A stretch of DNA of 63,261 nt, counting the filler, from Squatina squatina (lineage: Eukaryota), in assembly GCA_031763465.1 (NCBI GenBank). It is 4 parts of 4 records of this genome, joined end to end, with 100 filler letters (N's around TTAATTAATTAA, not from the genome) between each part and the next. Parts side by side here need not be neighbours in the genome. Positions count along the whole stretch, not along the records: positions 1 to 17,956 come from JARFOE010000162.1; positions 18,057 to 31,584 come from JARFOE010000100.1; 2 more parts are not named here. One strand, 5' to 3'. Position 1 is the first letter of the stretch. Each line of letters opens with the position of its first letter. Positions 13,421 through 25,398 of this stretch are shown here, one piece after another. Both the position numbers and the translations under genes were made by a program. The notes under the pieces are model-generated. The model was not told where the DNA came from. It saw nothing but the letters and a program-made list of their open reading frames with translations, and made no database searches.

Positions 13421-14465
13421 ATCCTTCTGCTATTACTGCTTGGTGTCCATTTCCCCTCCTGTGAGCCGCCTCTGTTATGTTTTTCTGTTCCTCTTTGTCT
13501 TTTCTCTTCAGTTTTTTTTTTCTTAATTACTTCTCCTGGAGCTTCAGGGAGCTGCATCAAACACCCTCTTGACGGGATTATTTGTGATAGAATATGGGAG
13601 ATGAGTCTACCCACTAATATGTTTGAAATGAATCCTGAAGCAAGCAATCGGGCAATGAGGCAGATTTTCCTCAACTGTACTTGCAGAAACTGATAGGGCC
13701 TCCCTTTAGAATACTTCCTCAAGGCTTGTTAAATTGAATAAAACGGTTAATTTTTTAATAATTGAAGGCAGAGCTTCTCATTTGATAATTTCAGCAACAG
13801 GAAACGTTTTCTAGCTCCGGCTGCTGTGCTTTCCTTCTTATCGCTGGAGGCTGTTTGGAGTTTTCTTTGCCAGTAATTTGTCACTGACAACTACAAGTGT
13901 AGGTGCAGTACCTGGGCTGGGAGATATGTCTTGTCAGAAGAATTACACATTTGAGAGCCATCCATTTGTGATGATCTGTCTCACTGCCTCGGTGGCAGGT
14001 CCAGAAGGCTTCCTTGCACTGCTGCTCCGCGGGTGACACGCTACAGGGATGACACACGACAGAAGGCAGAGCGTGAATAAGTTTCCCAACTGCCTTCTCC
14101 CACAGCCTCACTGCACCTTGCCGTTTACTTTTCATTTTTAACCTTGCAAGCAGAAGCCTGTGTTGATAATTATGTTTACTTTCAGAAGCAATAATGGAGC
14201 CCCTTGTGCAGGAAGAAATAATGAATAGGAGGTGCCAGGCTCGGATTTTAAAGACTTTCGTTTTGTAGGAGAAAGAGAAAGGACTGAAAGATAAAGAATT
14301 CCATAGTTTGTAGGTCCTGGGAAAGGATGAGTTAAAGTTGATGGTACAGTGGGTTGGAATGTCTTTTCACTCCTGGATCTGGGTTCAATTCTATCCCAGA
14401 CTGACAGAGTGAGAGGTTTCTCCTCAAAACAAAACACTTGTATGAGGTAACCCCATTCTGGACTA

Positions 14466-14787
14466 AAAGAGATTTACGAGAATGGTTCCAGGGATGAGGG
14501 ACTTCAGTTACTTGGGCAGACTGGAGAAGCTGGTGTTGTTCTCCTTAGAGCAGAGAAGGTTGAGAGGAGATTTGATAGAGGTGTTCAAAATCATGAGGGG
14601 TCTGGACAGAGNNNNNNNNNNNNNNNNNNNNNNNNNNNNNNNNNNNNNNNNNNNNNNNNNNNNNNNNNNNNNNNNNNNNNNNNNNNNNNNNNNNNNNNNN
14701 NNNNNNNNNNNATGATCATATTGAATGGCGATGCAGGCTCGAAGGGCCTAATGGCCTACTCCTGCACCTATTTTCTATGTTTCTATG
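14466..14787 (+). mobile_element. CR1 LINE fragments either side of a gap
   Basis: RMVPGMRDFSY..RLEKL.LFSLEQRRLRGDLIEVFKIMRGLDR, then after the gap a 3' tail ending ttctatgtttctatgt. Confidence 0.8.
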
Positions 14788-15896
14788 TAACACGGCGATG
14801 TGGAGCTTAGATTTGCATTTGGTCTCACTTTGCCTTTACAAGAAAGAGGAGTGAAGTATTCTTTCAACCCTCTTAGTGCAGGATTAGCATTTAATGTAGC
14901 CAACTATTTGCAGCAGTCACTAAAGATTTGGGATTTCATTACTGCAGTTAAATTTATTCTCTTGTGGGTGACATGTCGGTACACTGCAACAATTGAGTAT
15001 AAAAAGGTCGGAATTGGATATGACTGCTCAGCCTATTTGTTTGAAGCTGGTACATTAGATTAAACCTTGCAGGATAGGGTGTCTTGGAGATCACATTTAA
15101 ATTTCATGGGCCAGGATTTCTTCATGACATAGTTTAAATCTTACAGGTCAGGGTGGTGTTGTAGAAGCCAGAAGAATTGTGGCAGTGCGTGAATTTTAAT
15201 ACCTGCTGGTCACTCTTGCTGCAGACTGAAATGGCAGTTTGACTTTGTAAATTATGTTTAAGACCTGTTGATATAAAGGATTAAATTAAATTGGACAGAA
15301 GAATCTAGAAAAACCCATGTTGTATGTTGGCTTTATGGATTTGTGCAGTTTCACATCTCAAAATACTGTCTTCCATCAGTCCAAGAGTGATAATGATGGT
15401 CCTGGCTGCCTTTAATGTTTCTTGAAGAAAGTTTTCATTCCTACTGTACTGATTCCTGCTAGTGCTGAAAAGACTTCTCTCCAAACTCGGTGATGTGGCA
15501 ATATCTTGCCATGTGAATGATGGTAGTTCACTGGTAATTTAAATTCCATACAGTCCTAAAATGGTTAGGTTTATATTTATAAATCTCTCTAATAGTATTT
15601 ACTTTTGGCTGGAATTGAATCAATACCGAGCTTTTAATTATTAAAACGTGTATTTCTGTAATTCACTTATTGATTTACTCATTCATTTTATATGAGAAAG
15701 CCCAAGTTAGTAAATTCAGAGCTCCGTTGAATGGCAGCTACCAGTCGCTTTACTTGGCAGTCATTGCTTTTCAGTGCATGTTATCCATCACGCGCNNNNN
15801 NNNNNNNNNNNNNNNNNNNNNNNNNNNNNNNNNNNNNNNNNNNNNNNNNNNNNNNNNNNNNNNNNNNNNNNNNNNNNNNNNNNNNNNNNNNNNNNT

Positions 15897-16106
<210 letters not shown>

Positions 16107-17587
16107 TAATTTAGGATTTTTTGGATTAGTTGACTTCTGGATATAAAAGTCCATTTTGTGGCATGTAGGTACTGAAACAGATCCCAAGGCAACAGAATGT
16201 AAGGTTAGATGTCAAGCAATTTTCAGTTTTTGTTTCCCGTTTGTCCTCATTGTTCCTGATTTTCTTTTCCACAAATCTTTACTTCTCCGAATCAGGAAGG
16301 TAAAGAATAGACGCAGGACTTCTATGATCAGCAGGAGATTAATGTGCAGTGTCCACAATGCTTTGCTTTCATTTTGGAATCTGCCCAGCAGCCTGTTCAT
16401 TAGTTGTGGGGAAGAGGAACACCCACCAGTAGTGGTGATGATGGATACAAACGATGGACGTTCTTACGGTTTGAACTGCTGAGCATTTACCTCAGTTTCA
16501 AAGCACATCATCAACTGTTGAAATATTCTCCAGAAACATTCTCTCAATTTCCAGGAGATTAACTCTGAAAGTGATGCCAATTCTACTTCTAACTGTTCAG
16601 ATTAATCTATTCTGCCGGGTAATAAAGGGAACTAGCTGCAATAGCATGAGTAGGTAATGGAGAAGTCTGCTCCCTGGCAGTTTACCTGCAGAAATCCTCT
16701 GGTGTAATCAGTATGAAAAGGTATGAGTAGAGGTACAGGGTGAGGGAGTTGTCACATGCCTGACGATAAAGCCTAAGTATTGTTTATCTTTTGTATCACA
16801 AAAATATTTGATACATCCCTGTGACTTCGTTGCTTAGGCCACTTGGTACTGAAATGAAAAATTGGTGAAACAGTTATGATTTTAAAACCTGGTAGTTACT
16901 AGATGTGTAATCTTATTTCAAGATTAATCGCAAAACCCTTCACTTTTCAAAGCAGTATGTCTCACAGCAAGCTTTTAATCTTGTATAATTTATCCAAAGA
17001 TTAGGATTTAACTCGCTGCATGAATGTGTGGGTGTGCTTTTTTAAAAAAAAAGAAACTAACTGCAAGTAACGCAAAATGCAAGCCTGACCCAAATGAGTC
17101 AGGTCACCAAACCCTGACCCATAGTATATGAAGGGCAGGGAATGGGGAATTGCCAGTTCAGAGCTGCTCTAGGTCCTTGTATAATGGGTTCCATTAAGTT
17201 TGTAAAACATCACTTAAAGAATAGTCATGAAAATTCAATTTATTGGTACAGAGAACTGAACAGAAAGCAAGAACAGAGATCCAGCATTGTAGTTACACAG
17301 CTTGTTAAAAGCAAGATTGCAGAAAGAAAAAAAAAGAAAAAGGGAAAATGGGATTTATATACGTAGGGCGTGAAATACAGAGCAATGATGAATCTCTTGG
17401 AAATGCTGGTAAAGCACGGTTGGAAAATTCTGCAGTTTTGGATACCCCATTATAAATTGTATGTTTGTAGTGGCTATTAGTTATTAAAGATGAATCAATT
17501 ATGGCATTTAAGAAGAAAGAAAAGCAGTTGAAGAGGAAAAATATTAATGGATTCGGAAAAAGTGCAGCAAAATGGGATTGGACTAAG

Positions 17588-17956
17588 TAGGTCAGGCAGC
17601 ATCTGTAGAGAGAGAAACCGAGTTAACGTTTCAGGTCGAAGACCCTTCATCAGAACTGGAAGTAGTTAGAATTGTAGCAGGTTTTTAGGCACCTGCAGGG
17701 ACGGGGAAAGAGGGTAGGGGAGAAAGAACAGAAGGGAAGGTCTGTGATAGGGTGGGAGGGAAACAAGGGCTGAGGGGGAAAAATAATGAATGAAAAAATA
17801 TAGGGCGGAGGTTACGGTCTGAAATGGTTGAACTCGATGTTGAGTCCGGAAGGCTGTAAGGTGCCCAATCGAAAGAGGAGGTGCTGTTCCTCGAGCTAAC
17901 GCCGAGCTTCATTGGAACAGTGTAAGAGGTCGAGGACAGAGAGACCAGAGTGGGAA
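17588..17956 (-). mobile_element. Penelope-like element, 3' part (GIY-YIG C-terminus plus tail)
   Basis: Minus-strand translation LLHCSNEARR*LEEQHLLFRLGTLQPSGLNIEFNHF resembles the Penelope endonuclease C-terminus. It is followed by a hammerhead-bearing tail. Confidence 0.8.
17621..17657 (-). ncRNA. Minimal type I hammerhead ribozyme motif in a Penelope element
   Basis: Minus strand reads AGTT-CTGATGA-AGGGTCTTCGACCT-GAAA-CG-TT-AACT: helix I AGUU/AACU, CUGAUGA core, helix II hairpin, GAAA core, palindromic ACGU helix III and a GUU cleavage triplet. Confidence 0.75.
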
Positions 17957-18000
17957 NNNNNNNNNNNNNNNNNNNNNNNNNNNNNNNNNNNNNNNNNNNN

Positions 18001-18012
18001 TTAATTAATTAA
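18001..18012. other. Artificial six-frame-stop linker between records
   Basis: TTAATTAATTAA embedded in N runs. Confidence 0.95.
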
Positions 18013-20502
18013 NNNNNNNNNNNNNNNNNNNNNNNNNNNNNNNNNNNNNNNNNNNNGGGGTGATGGGGGCTCTTTGATAGCTGCAAGGGGTATTCTAAGA
18101 AGGTGGAATTATGTTGATGATAATGTGTCTTGCCTCATCCTGCTGTGAATATGATTTTGTTTGATTGGCCCATGTTCTATCGACTCTGAATCCATGAGGC
18201 AAGTAGTCAGCATCACATCAGTTGAATGCCCTACTGTGCAGCCGACAGCAAGAGATCAAGCAAGCAACACACCCTGGGCTTGAGTAGAGCCCGTTTAGGG
18301 AGGCCGAATGAGCAATAGTATGGGTCGAGTGCCCATGATTGCCTTGAACCTTCTGGCCCAGAAGGTATGTGACTTTGGCACAGGTGTCAGCTGCTTGTGG
18401 GTTCAGCTGACTGTCACCACCTAGATTCGGGGTGCAGGTGTTTTGCCATCTACTACTGAAAGGTTTTAATACAGTCACAATGGGAATAAAAAAAAGCTTT
18501 ATTTCTTGTCGAACTACATCTACTGTTCCAGAACACACATTCTGCTTTGTGTGCTCTGCTATGATCGTTAAGCAGCCCCTTTGCCTCCGTGCTTTAATGG
18601 AGTGTAATCTCAAATACAGTAAAATAAAAGAAAATCGCTCTTGTGAAGTATGAGACTCTAACCTGAAACCCATAGTCTGCNNNNNNNNNNNNNNNNNNNN
18701 NNNNNNNNNNNNNNNNNNNNNNNNNNNNNNNNNNNNNNNNNNNNNNNNNNNNNNNNNNNNNNNNNNNNNNNNNNNNNNNNTACATGCTGGCCCTACCATC
18801 GACGCCCACATCCCGACAATGAATTAAAGGAAATACCAGCGCGTTTCCCCATTTTGTCACCATCGACTTTTTCCTCAAGCTACCAAACAGCAGCAAACAG
18901 ACCGAATATTGCATCATCAGTCTGTGTGCACTTCTCAAAACTAAGCGAGTAAACTGGGTGGCATTCGATCTTTCTCCGATATGTGCAGTCAGTCAGTCAC
19001 AGCATTGGAAACCTTGCTCAAAATACTTAGCACAGTGTCTCACTGTTCGAACAGCTTCTCAATGAACTGCTGGTTTGCAACTGAGCAAGGGGCCATCAAA
19101 GTCCTTAGTGACGCTGGGATAGGATCTTACACACCCGAAATCCCTGCTGGAAAGTGGATCCTAGAATTGTAGGCAAGAATAGGTTACCGCTCAACTGTGA
19201 TGCCTTCCACAGTAAACCAACATGCCAACACTCGCATGAAGAATGGCGAATTGGCAAGATATCATAGGGTTATTGTGGCTTGTGGAACTCTACTCTTAGC
19301 AAAAGTTAGCACATTTGGTAGAGAAAGGGAAGAAAATTGGAAAAGAGTGATTCAATCTAAAATATGCATTTTTTTCTTTACGTGCCAACACGCCGTAAAA
19401 TGTAGTGTCAATCCTCGAGGCCTGGAGTGGCTCGACCCTGGGAGAGAGCAGGAGCTGTAGAGAGAGGGAATGTCTTTTGCTGAGCATGGTTGGGTGATCA
19501 AGGAACAACGAGAACATCAAGTTACCGGGAAGTCTTTTGCCTTTAATTAGGGACCAACGTACATCATCCTCTCGGTTGCTTGACAAGTGTGGGAAAAGCT
19601 GTAGGAAAAAGGATAGTATTCAAGGGAGCAGCTTTTCTTCAAATTTAGCACCGGCCCATTTTCTCCTCTCTCCCTCGACTGCCAAAGTAAATTGCATTTT
19701 CTGACAATTTGGCAATTCTTCGGGCTTTATTCTTCATAAAGGCTGTACAGTTACTCTCCAATAACACTGTTTAGGAGGGTTTATTTTATTTAAATCTGGT
19801 GGTCTTGGCAGCCGCGTTTAAACAATTAGATTGCTGTTGGATATCCTAAGTGCTGGTGGGTTAAACAATTATACCCTTGATGAATGTAGCTTGTAATTTC
19901 AGTCCGCAGCTTCTTTGAAACCTAATAGTGTAATTGCCCCTCTCATTTGTTATGGTTTATGCGGTGTGCTCTTTAAAGCTGTTACACCAGTTCCTTGCAG
20001 TTTCCTGTTATTTGAAAGCACTGTGGTNNNNNNNNNNNNNNNNNNNNNNNNNNNNNNNNNNNNNNNNNNNNNNNNNNNNNNNNNNNNNNNNNNNNNNNNN
20101 NNNNNNNNNNNNNNNNNNNNNNNNNNNNNNNNNNNNNNNNNNNNNNNNNNNNNNNNNNNNNNNNNNNNNNNNNNNNNNNNNNNNNNNNNNNNNNNNNNNN
20201 NNNNNNNNNNNNNNNNNNNNNNNNNNNNNNNNNNNNNNNNNNNNNNNNNNNNNNNNNNNNNNNNNNNNNNNNNNNNNNNNNNNNNNNNNNNNNNNNNNNN
20301 NNNNNNNNNNNNNNNNNNNNNNNNNNNNNNNNNNNNNNNNNNNNNNNNNNNNNNNNNNNNNNNNNNNNNNNNNNNNNNNNNNNNNNNNNNNNNNNNNNNN
20401 NNNNNNNNNNNNNNNNNNNNNNNNNNNNNNNNNNNNNNNNNNNNNNNNNNNNNNNNNNNNNNNNNNNNNNNNNNNNNNNNNNNTGGAAGTCTGCAGTCCA
20501 AC

Positions 20503-20985
20503 ATCGAATTACAGAGAATGTACAGCACTGAAACAGGCTATTCGGCCCAACTGGTTCATGCCAGTGGTTATGCTGCACACGAGCCTCCTCCCACCCCTCT
20601 TCATCTAACCCTATTAGCACAATCCCTCTATTCCTTTCTCCCTCATGTACTTGTCCAGCTTCCCCTTAACTGCACCTATGTTATTTGCCTCAACTACTCC
20701 ACGTAGCAGTGAGTTCCATATTCTAACCAACCTCTGGGTAAAGAAGTTTCTCCTAAATTCATTACTAGATTTATTAGTGACTATTTTATATTTATGGCCC
20801 CTAGTTTTGGTCTCGCCCGCATGTGGAAACATCTTCACTACGTCTAGCCTATTGAACACTTCATAATTTTAAAGACCTCGATCAGGTCATCTCTCAGCCT
20901 TCTCTTTTCTAGAGGAAAGAGCCCAGCCTGTTCAGTCTTTCCTGATTATAACCTTTCAGTTCTGGGATCATCCTTATAAACCTGT
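20503..20985 (-). mobile_element. CR1 LINE 3' end
   Basis: Minus ORF ..TRGHKYKI...FRRNFFTQRLVRIWNSL..GVVEAN. Confidence 0.88.
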
Positions 20986-21854
20986 TGCTAAATGTGAACT
21001 AAACTATCCATGTTGAACTAGAACATTCACTCCTGTTATTTTCCAAAATGACTCCAAAAAATTGCCTATATAGGTGATTACAATGCTTTTGTTGATGTTC
21101 AAATGTCATCTCTTTTATCCCAAATGAACCATGCATATTCATTAGTTGGAATCCATCAGCGCAAGCTGGGCTGCTTAAAGTTTATAATTGGCTGCATATT
21201 GTTCTCTATAGTTTCTCCCTAATGTAAGATGGAATTTATTATTGTTAAGGGTTAAAAATAGCATGATTAAGTCATGGCATATTAAATTTATCTTTAAAAC
21301 TCTTGCCTCCTAAGACTGTCTCTTGTCTGTATTTCAGAAAGTTCATATCAGCTGTATAGTTATATAAATTGTAGATGAAAGCTTCTCTTTTATTTGTCCC
21401 AAATTAGCCGATTACCTATTTTCTAATGATCACAAACTTAATTATTAATCTATAAAAGGCCCAATGTGCAACTTATTCTTAAAGTCACATTACTTTTAGC
21501 GAGACTTTAGATGACCTATTTCCATCACTCCCAATAGCTTTGTCATTAACGACACTCCTCAATAGGATAATGGCAGATGCATGCAATTGGCCTGTTGGTA
21601 ATTTTCTCCATGATTCCCCACACCCTTGGACCAGTGTTTGGCTCCATCCAGGTCCTCCCCACAGCAGCATAGCTGAGATCTTTAACTCATTGGGGTGCAT
21701 AATTAAACCTTTGTTCTCCCACTCCATAGCACTGTCCCAATGCTCCAGCATGCTGCACCAGCACACACTTTGGAAATGTGGTTTCATAATGGATCCTGTT
21801 AACACCTTGGCGATTTCCTCCCTCCACCCCACCAATGATGTTACAGGCTTCAGC

Positions 21855-22270
21855 CACCTGGGTTGTCCTTTCTGGAACTTCCACCGTAAACCTCTCCACC
21901 TGTCGCCTCCTCTTAAAACCTACTTGAAACCCAGTTCTTGGACCAAGTTTAAAGTTACGTCTCCTATTCTGTCCCCTTCTGACCCTGTATCCGCTTTCCT
22001 TATACCCATCGGCGAAACACCTTGGGATCCTTTTGAGAAAGGATGTTGGGGATAGTCAAGGCTTGAGGTGACCAAGGCACGAGTGACGGTTTCAATGGCT
22101 ATGGGGCAGAGGTAAGGGCAAAAGCAATGTATCGGAGGTGGAAACAAGTGGTCTTTATGGTGGAAGGCACGTGGGATCTGAAGCTCAGTTTAGGATCGAA
22201 AGTTCAGCAACATTGCAAGCGGAGGTGGGGGGGGAGCAGTGGTGGTGGATGGAATCAATGGCAAGGAACC
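21855..22270. mobile_element. L2 LINE fragments in both orientations
   Basis: Plus-strand L2-like 3' end (ctggaacttcc...cttaaaacctac) and minus-strand ETVTRALVTSSLDY. Confidence 0.55.
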
Positions 22271-23122
22271 AGTGTTGGACTGATGGAGGGATTAAATGAA
22301 TGCAAGTTGTTGAGTGGATGTATTGAAATATTGCAGGGTAAAGGAATGCTTCTACTGTGAAGCATTGAAAATAATGGAGCAAAATTGTTTGGGCATTGCT
22401 TATAGACCAGGTGTGTCATTCTCTTTCTTTACAATGTTTATTTTCTGTGTTGCTCTTGTTGGGTGGGAGGCAGGGTGGGTGGCGGGGCAGGGGGGTCGGG
22501 GAGGGCTCCCAGATAACTTTGGTTGCAGACTGGAAGGGAAGACGTACATTTTATAAACTACTTTAACACATCTTTCAAGCTCTCTCTTCTGATGTTTGTC
22601 ACTACTCTCCCAGTAGTTGGTGTTCATGTTCATTCTCTTTTTTTATAACCACCATCCTGTAACTTGTGTGACCGTGAAGAACAATATATTAAACAACGGT
22701 TTGAAGCTCTCACTTATGAAGTGTGTGTGTGCTGCTGTTGAAATTATCTGAGGAATCATGAACGATGCTTTGTGATCTGCAGGACAAGATCTCAACCGAC
22801 AAGCCGCACAGTGGAGGAAGGTCCAAGTGCTCCTCCAACTGTCCAAGAAATTTGTTGTCTGTCGGTGTTCCTCTTAGAAGTCATTCCGCTGGTAAGTCGA
22901 NNNNNNNNNNNNNNNNNNNNNNNNNNNNNNNNNNNNNNNNNNNNNNNNNNNNNNNNNNNNNNNNNNNNNNNNNNNNNNNNNNNNNNNNNNNNNNNNNNNN
23001 AGCTGCACATGCCCAACTGTAGAGGCAGAACACAACAAATCTACATGGCTCCCGGACCCTCAGGTAAGTTTGTAGAGATATTCGCGATCGGAGGCACTCG
23101 CACGCAGTTTTGGACTCAAACA

Positions 23123-23335
23123 CAAGTGGAAACATCTTCTCTACATCTACCCTTTCAAACCTCTTCATAATCTCAAAGACCTCTATTAGGTCACTTCTCA
23201 GCCTTTCCTTTTCTAGAGAAAAGAGCCTCAGCCTGTTTAGTCTTTCCTGACAGTCGTGCTCTCTCGATTCTGGTATCATCCTTGTAAATCTTTTTAGCAC
23301 CCTTCCCAGTACTTCTATGGCAGTATGGGTCCTTA
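23123..23335 (-). mobile_element. CR1 LINE ORF2 fragment
   Basis: KRFTRMIPE...RLRLFSLEKERLRSDLIEVF. Confidence 0.8.
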
Positions 23336-24060
23336 AATATGTTGCACAAAATGGTAGAGCTTCCCATGTAAGTTCCCACATAGCCTGAAATAGAGCACAG
23401 GGAAACTCGCTGCCCTTCAGTTAATTTGCAAAGCAGGGAACTTTTCTCCAAATTCCATTCCTTCACTTTGCAGTGGATGATTGTCCAGATGCTGTTTGTG
23501 ACTTTTAAAAAAAATTATAAGCAGGAGTGAGTAATCTTCTGATGCCCTTTAATGCTAGCTATCGGGTTGCAAAGCACTCCTTTGAAACTAGGCAGCTTTT
23601 GAAAGCTGTTTTCTGAATGATACCAGTAATTCCTAATTATGCATCTGTTGTCTCTGTAATAGATGATGAAAACACAGTGGTCAATTTTCTTCTCCCAGTA
23701 ATTGCTTCCAAATGTGAACCCTCCTCTTTAACCGTTTAACTTCTGATCCCAATATAATCTGATAAGCATATGTTAGATCCATTAGCCAGTGAAAGTTCTG
23801 TGGTTAGGTTTTATTCGTGGAGGCCAGTCTCCTTGCGAAATATCCTTAACCCTTTGAGTGCTTGTCTCTGACTACTCCCTCATTAACGGCCTATTCACCT
23901 CTTAGCCATAATTCCTTGCATTTCCCCTTTGACCCTTGCCTGCTCCGAACTGACTCGAAGTACACAGATTGAAACGAGTTACAAAAAGTGACCATGGGTT
24001 CAAGTAGGTATAACCCCCCACCCTGCCCCGGCCAAGTTCTCCTCTTGTTCAGACTGTTGA

Positions 24061-24255
<195 letters not shown>

Positions 24256-24422
24256 TGAATTCTGGTTTGTTCCCTCCTCTCTGGCATTTGCTTTGCTGCA
24301 TCCATCCCTGTATCAGGCTTCGNNNNNNNNNNNNNNNNNNNNNNNNNNNNNNNNNNNNNNNNNNNNNNNNNNNNNNNNNNNNNNNNNNNNNNNNNNNNNN
24401 NNNNNNNNNNNNNNNNNNNNNN

Positions 24423-24545
24423 ACAGCAATATTCGTCCAAGTTGGATTGGTATGTGACTTGATGGGGAACTTGGAGGCGATGGTGTTCCCATGTGCCTGC
24501 TGCCCTTGTTCTTCTAGGTGGTGGAGTGTGGATTTGGGAGGGGTG
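24423..24545 (-). mobile_element. Non-LTR retrotransposon ORF2 fragment (family uncertain)
   Basis: Minus-strand TPPPRRTRAAGTWEHHRLQVP is a recurring shark LINE motif. A possibly related RT fragment lies at 37788-37861. Confidence 0.45.
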
Positions 24546-25398
24546 ATGGAAGAGGAGCTGAGTTTTGTACTGTAGTTTTGGTTCCTCAGCCATACATGAT
24601 CTGGATTATGATGCATACCTATGACCTCCCCCTCTGTTACTGTCACCTGTAAATGGCTTTAATAGTTTCCTGCAATTATCAGCAGCCTTTGAACCGTGGC
24701 TGAAACTTGCTCAGAGATAGGAACAAATTGAAGCTGGCGTCTGCTGAAAGACTATTGACTTCCCATTTTTTACACAGGGGCCATTACTCCTCCACAGCAC
24801 CTTTTTAATTACTTGTGAGCAAAAATCTTTCAGTACAAATTGTCTGAAATTTCCATTTTTTTCTTCTTTATCTGCTTCTATTCAATACTACGTTCTCTGT
24901 ATCGAGGGTTGATGAGAGTGAGGGATCAAATTAGATCAATGTGGCCGGAATTAACTTGAACTTGTTCCAGAATTTACTTATTTAATGCACTAGTAATTTT
25001 CCCTGACAGCTCAGCTCCTGTTTTTGGAGCATTGAATTTGTATTATATTGGCTAATCCAGCAATTACTTAAAGGAAGGAGTGCCAATAACAAAGCAATTA
25101 GGGGTTGGGTAAAGGAGACACTCACTCCAAGGGCCAGTGCTTTGAATGTTAAAGGGAGCCGTAACTATGGATTAGTACTATGAATGTCCAAAGGGGAAGC
25201 AAACTAGAGGCTGGCCTTGTGAAATGTAAAGCAGCCTGTAACTCGTTAAGGATCGGTACTGTGGATGTTCAAGCAGCTAACGTCAGAGCAGTGATTTGNN
25301 NNNNNNNNNNNNNNNNNNNNNNNNNNNNNNNNNNNNNNNNNNNNNNNNNNNNNNNNNNNNNNNNNNNNNNNNNNNNNNNNNNNNNNNNNNNNNNNNNN

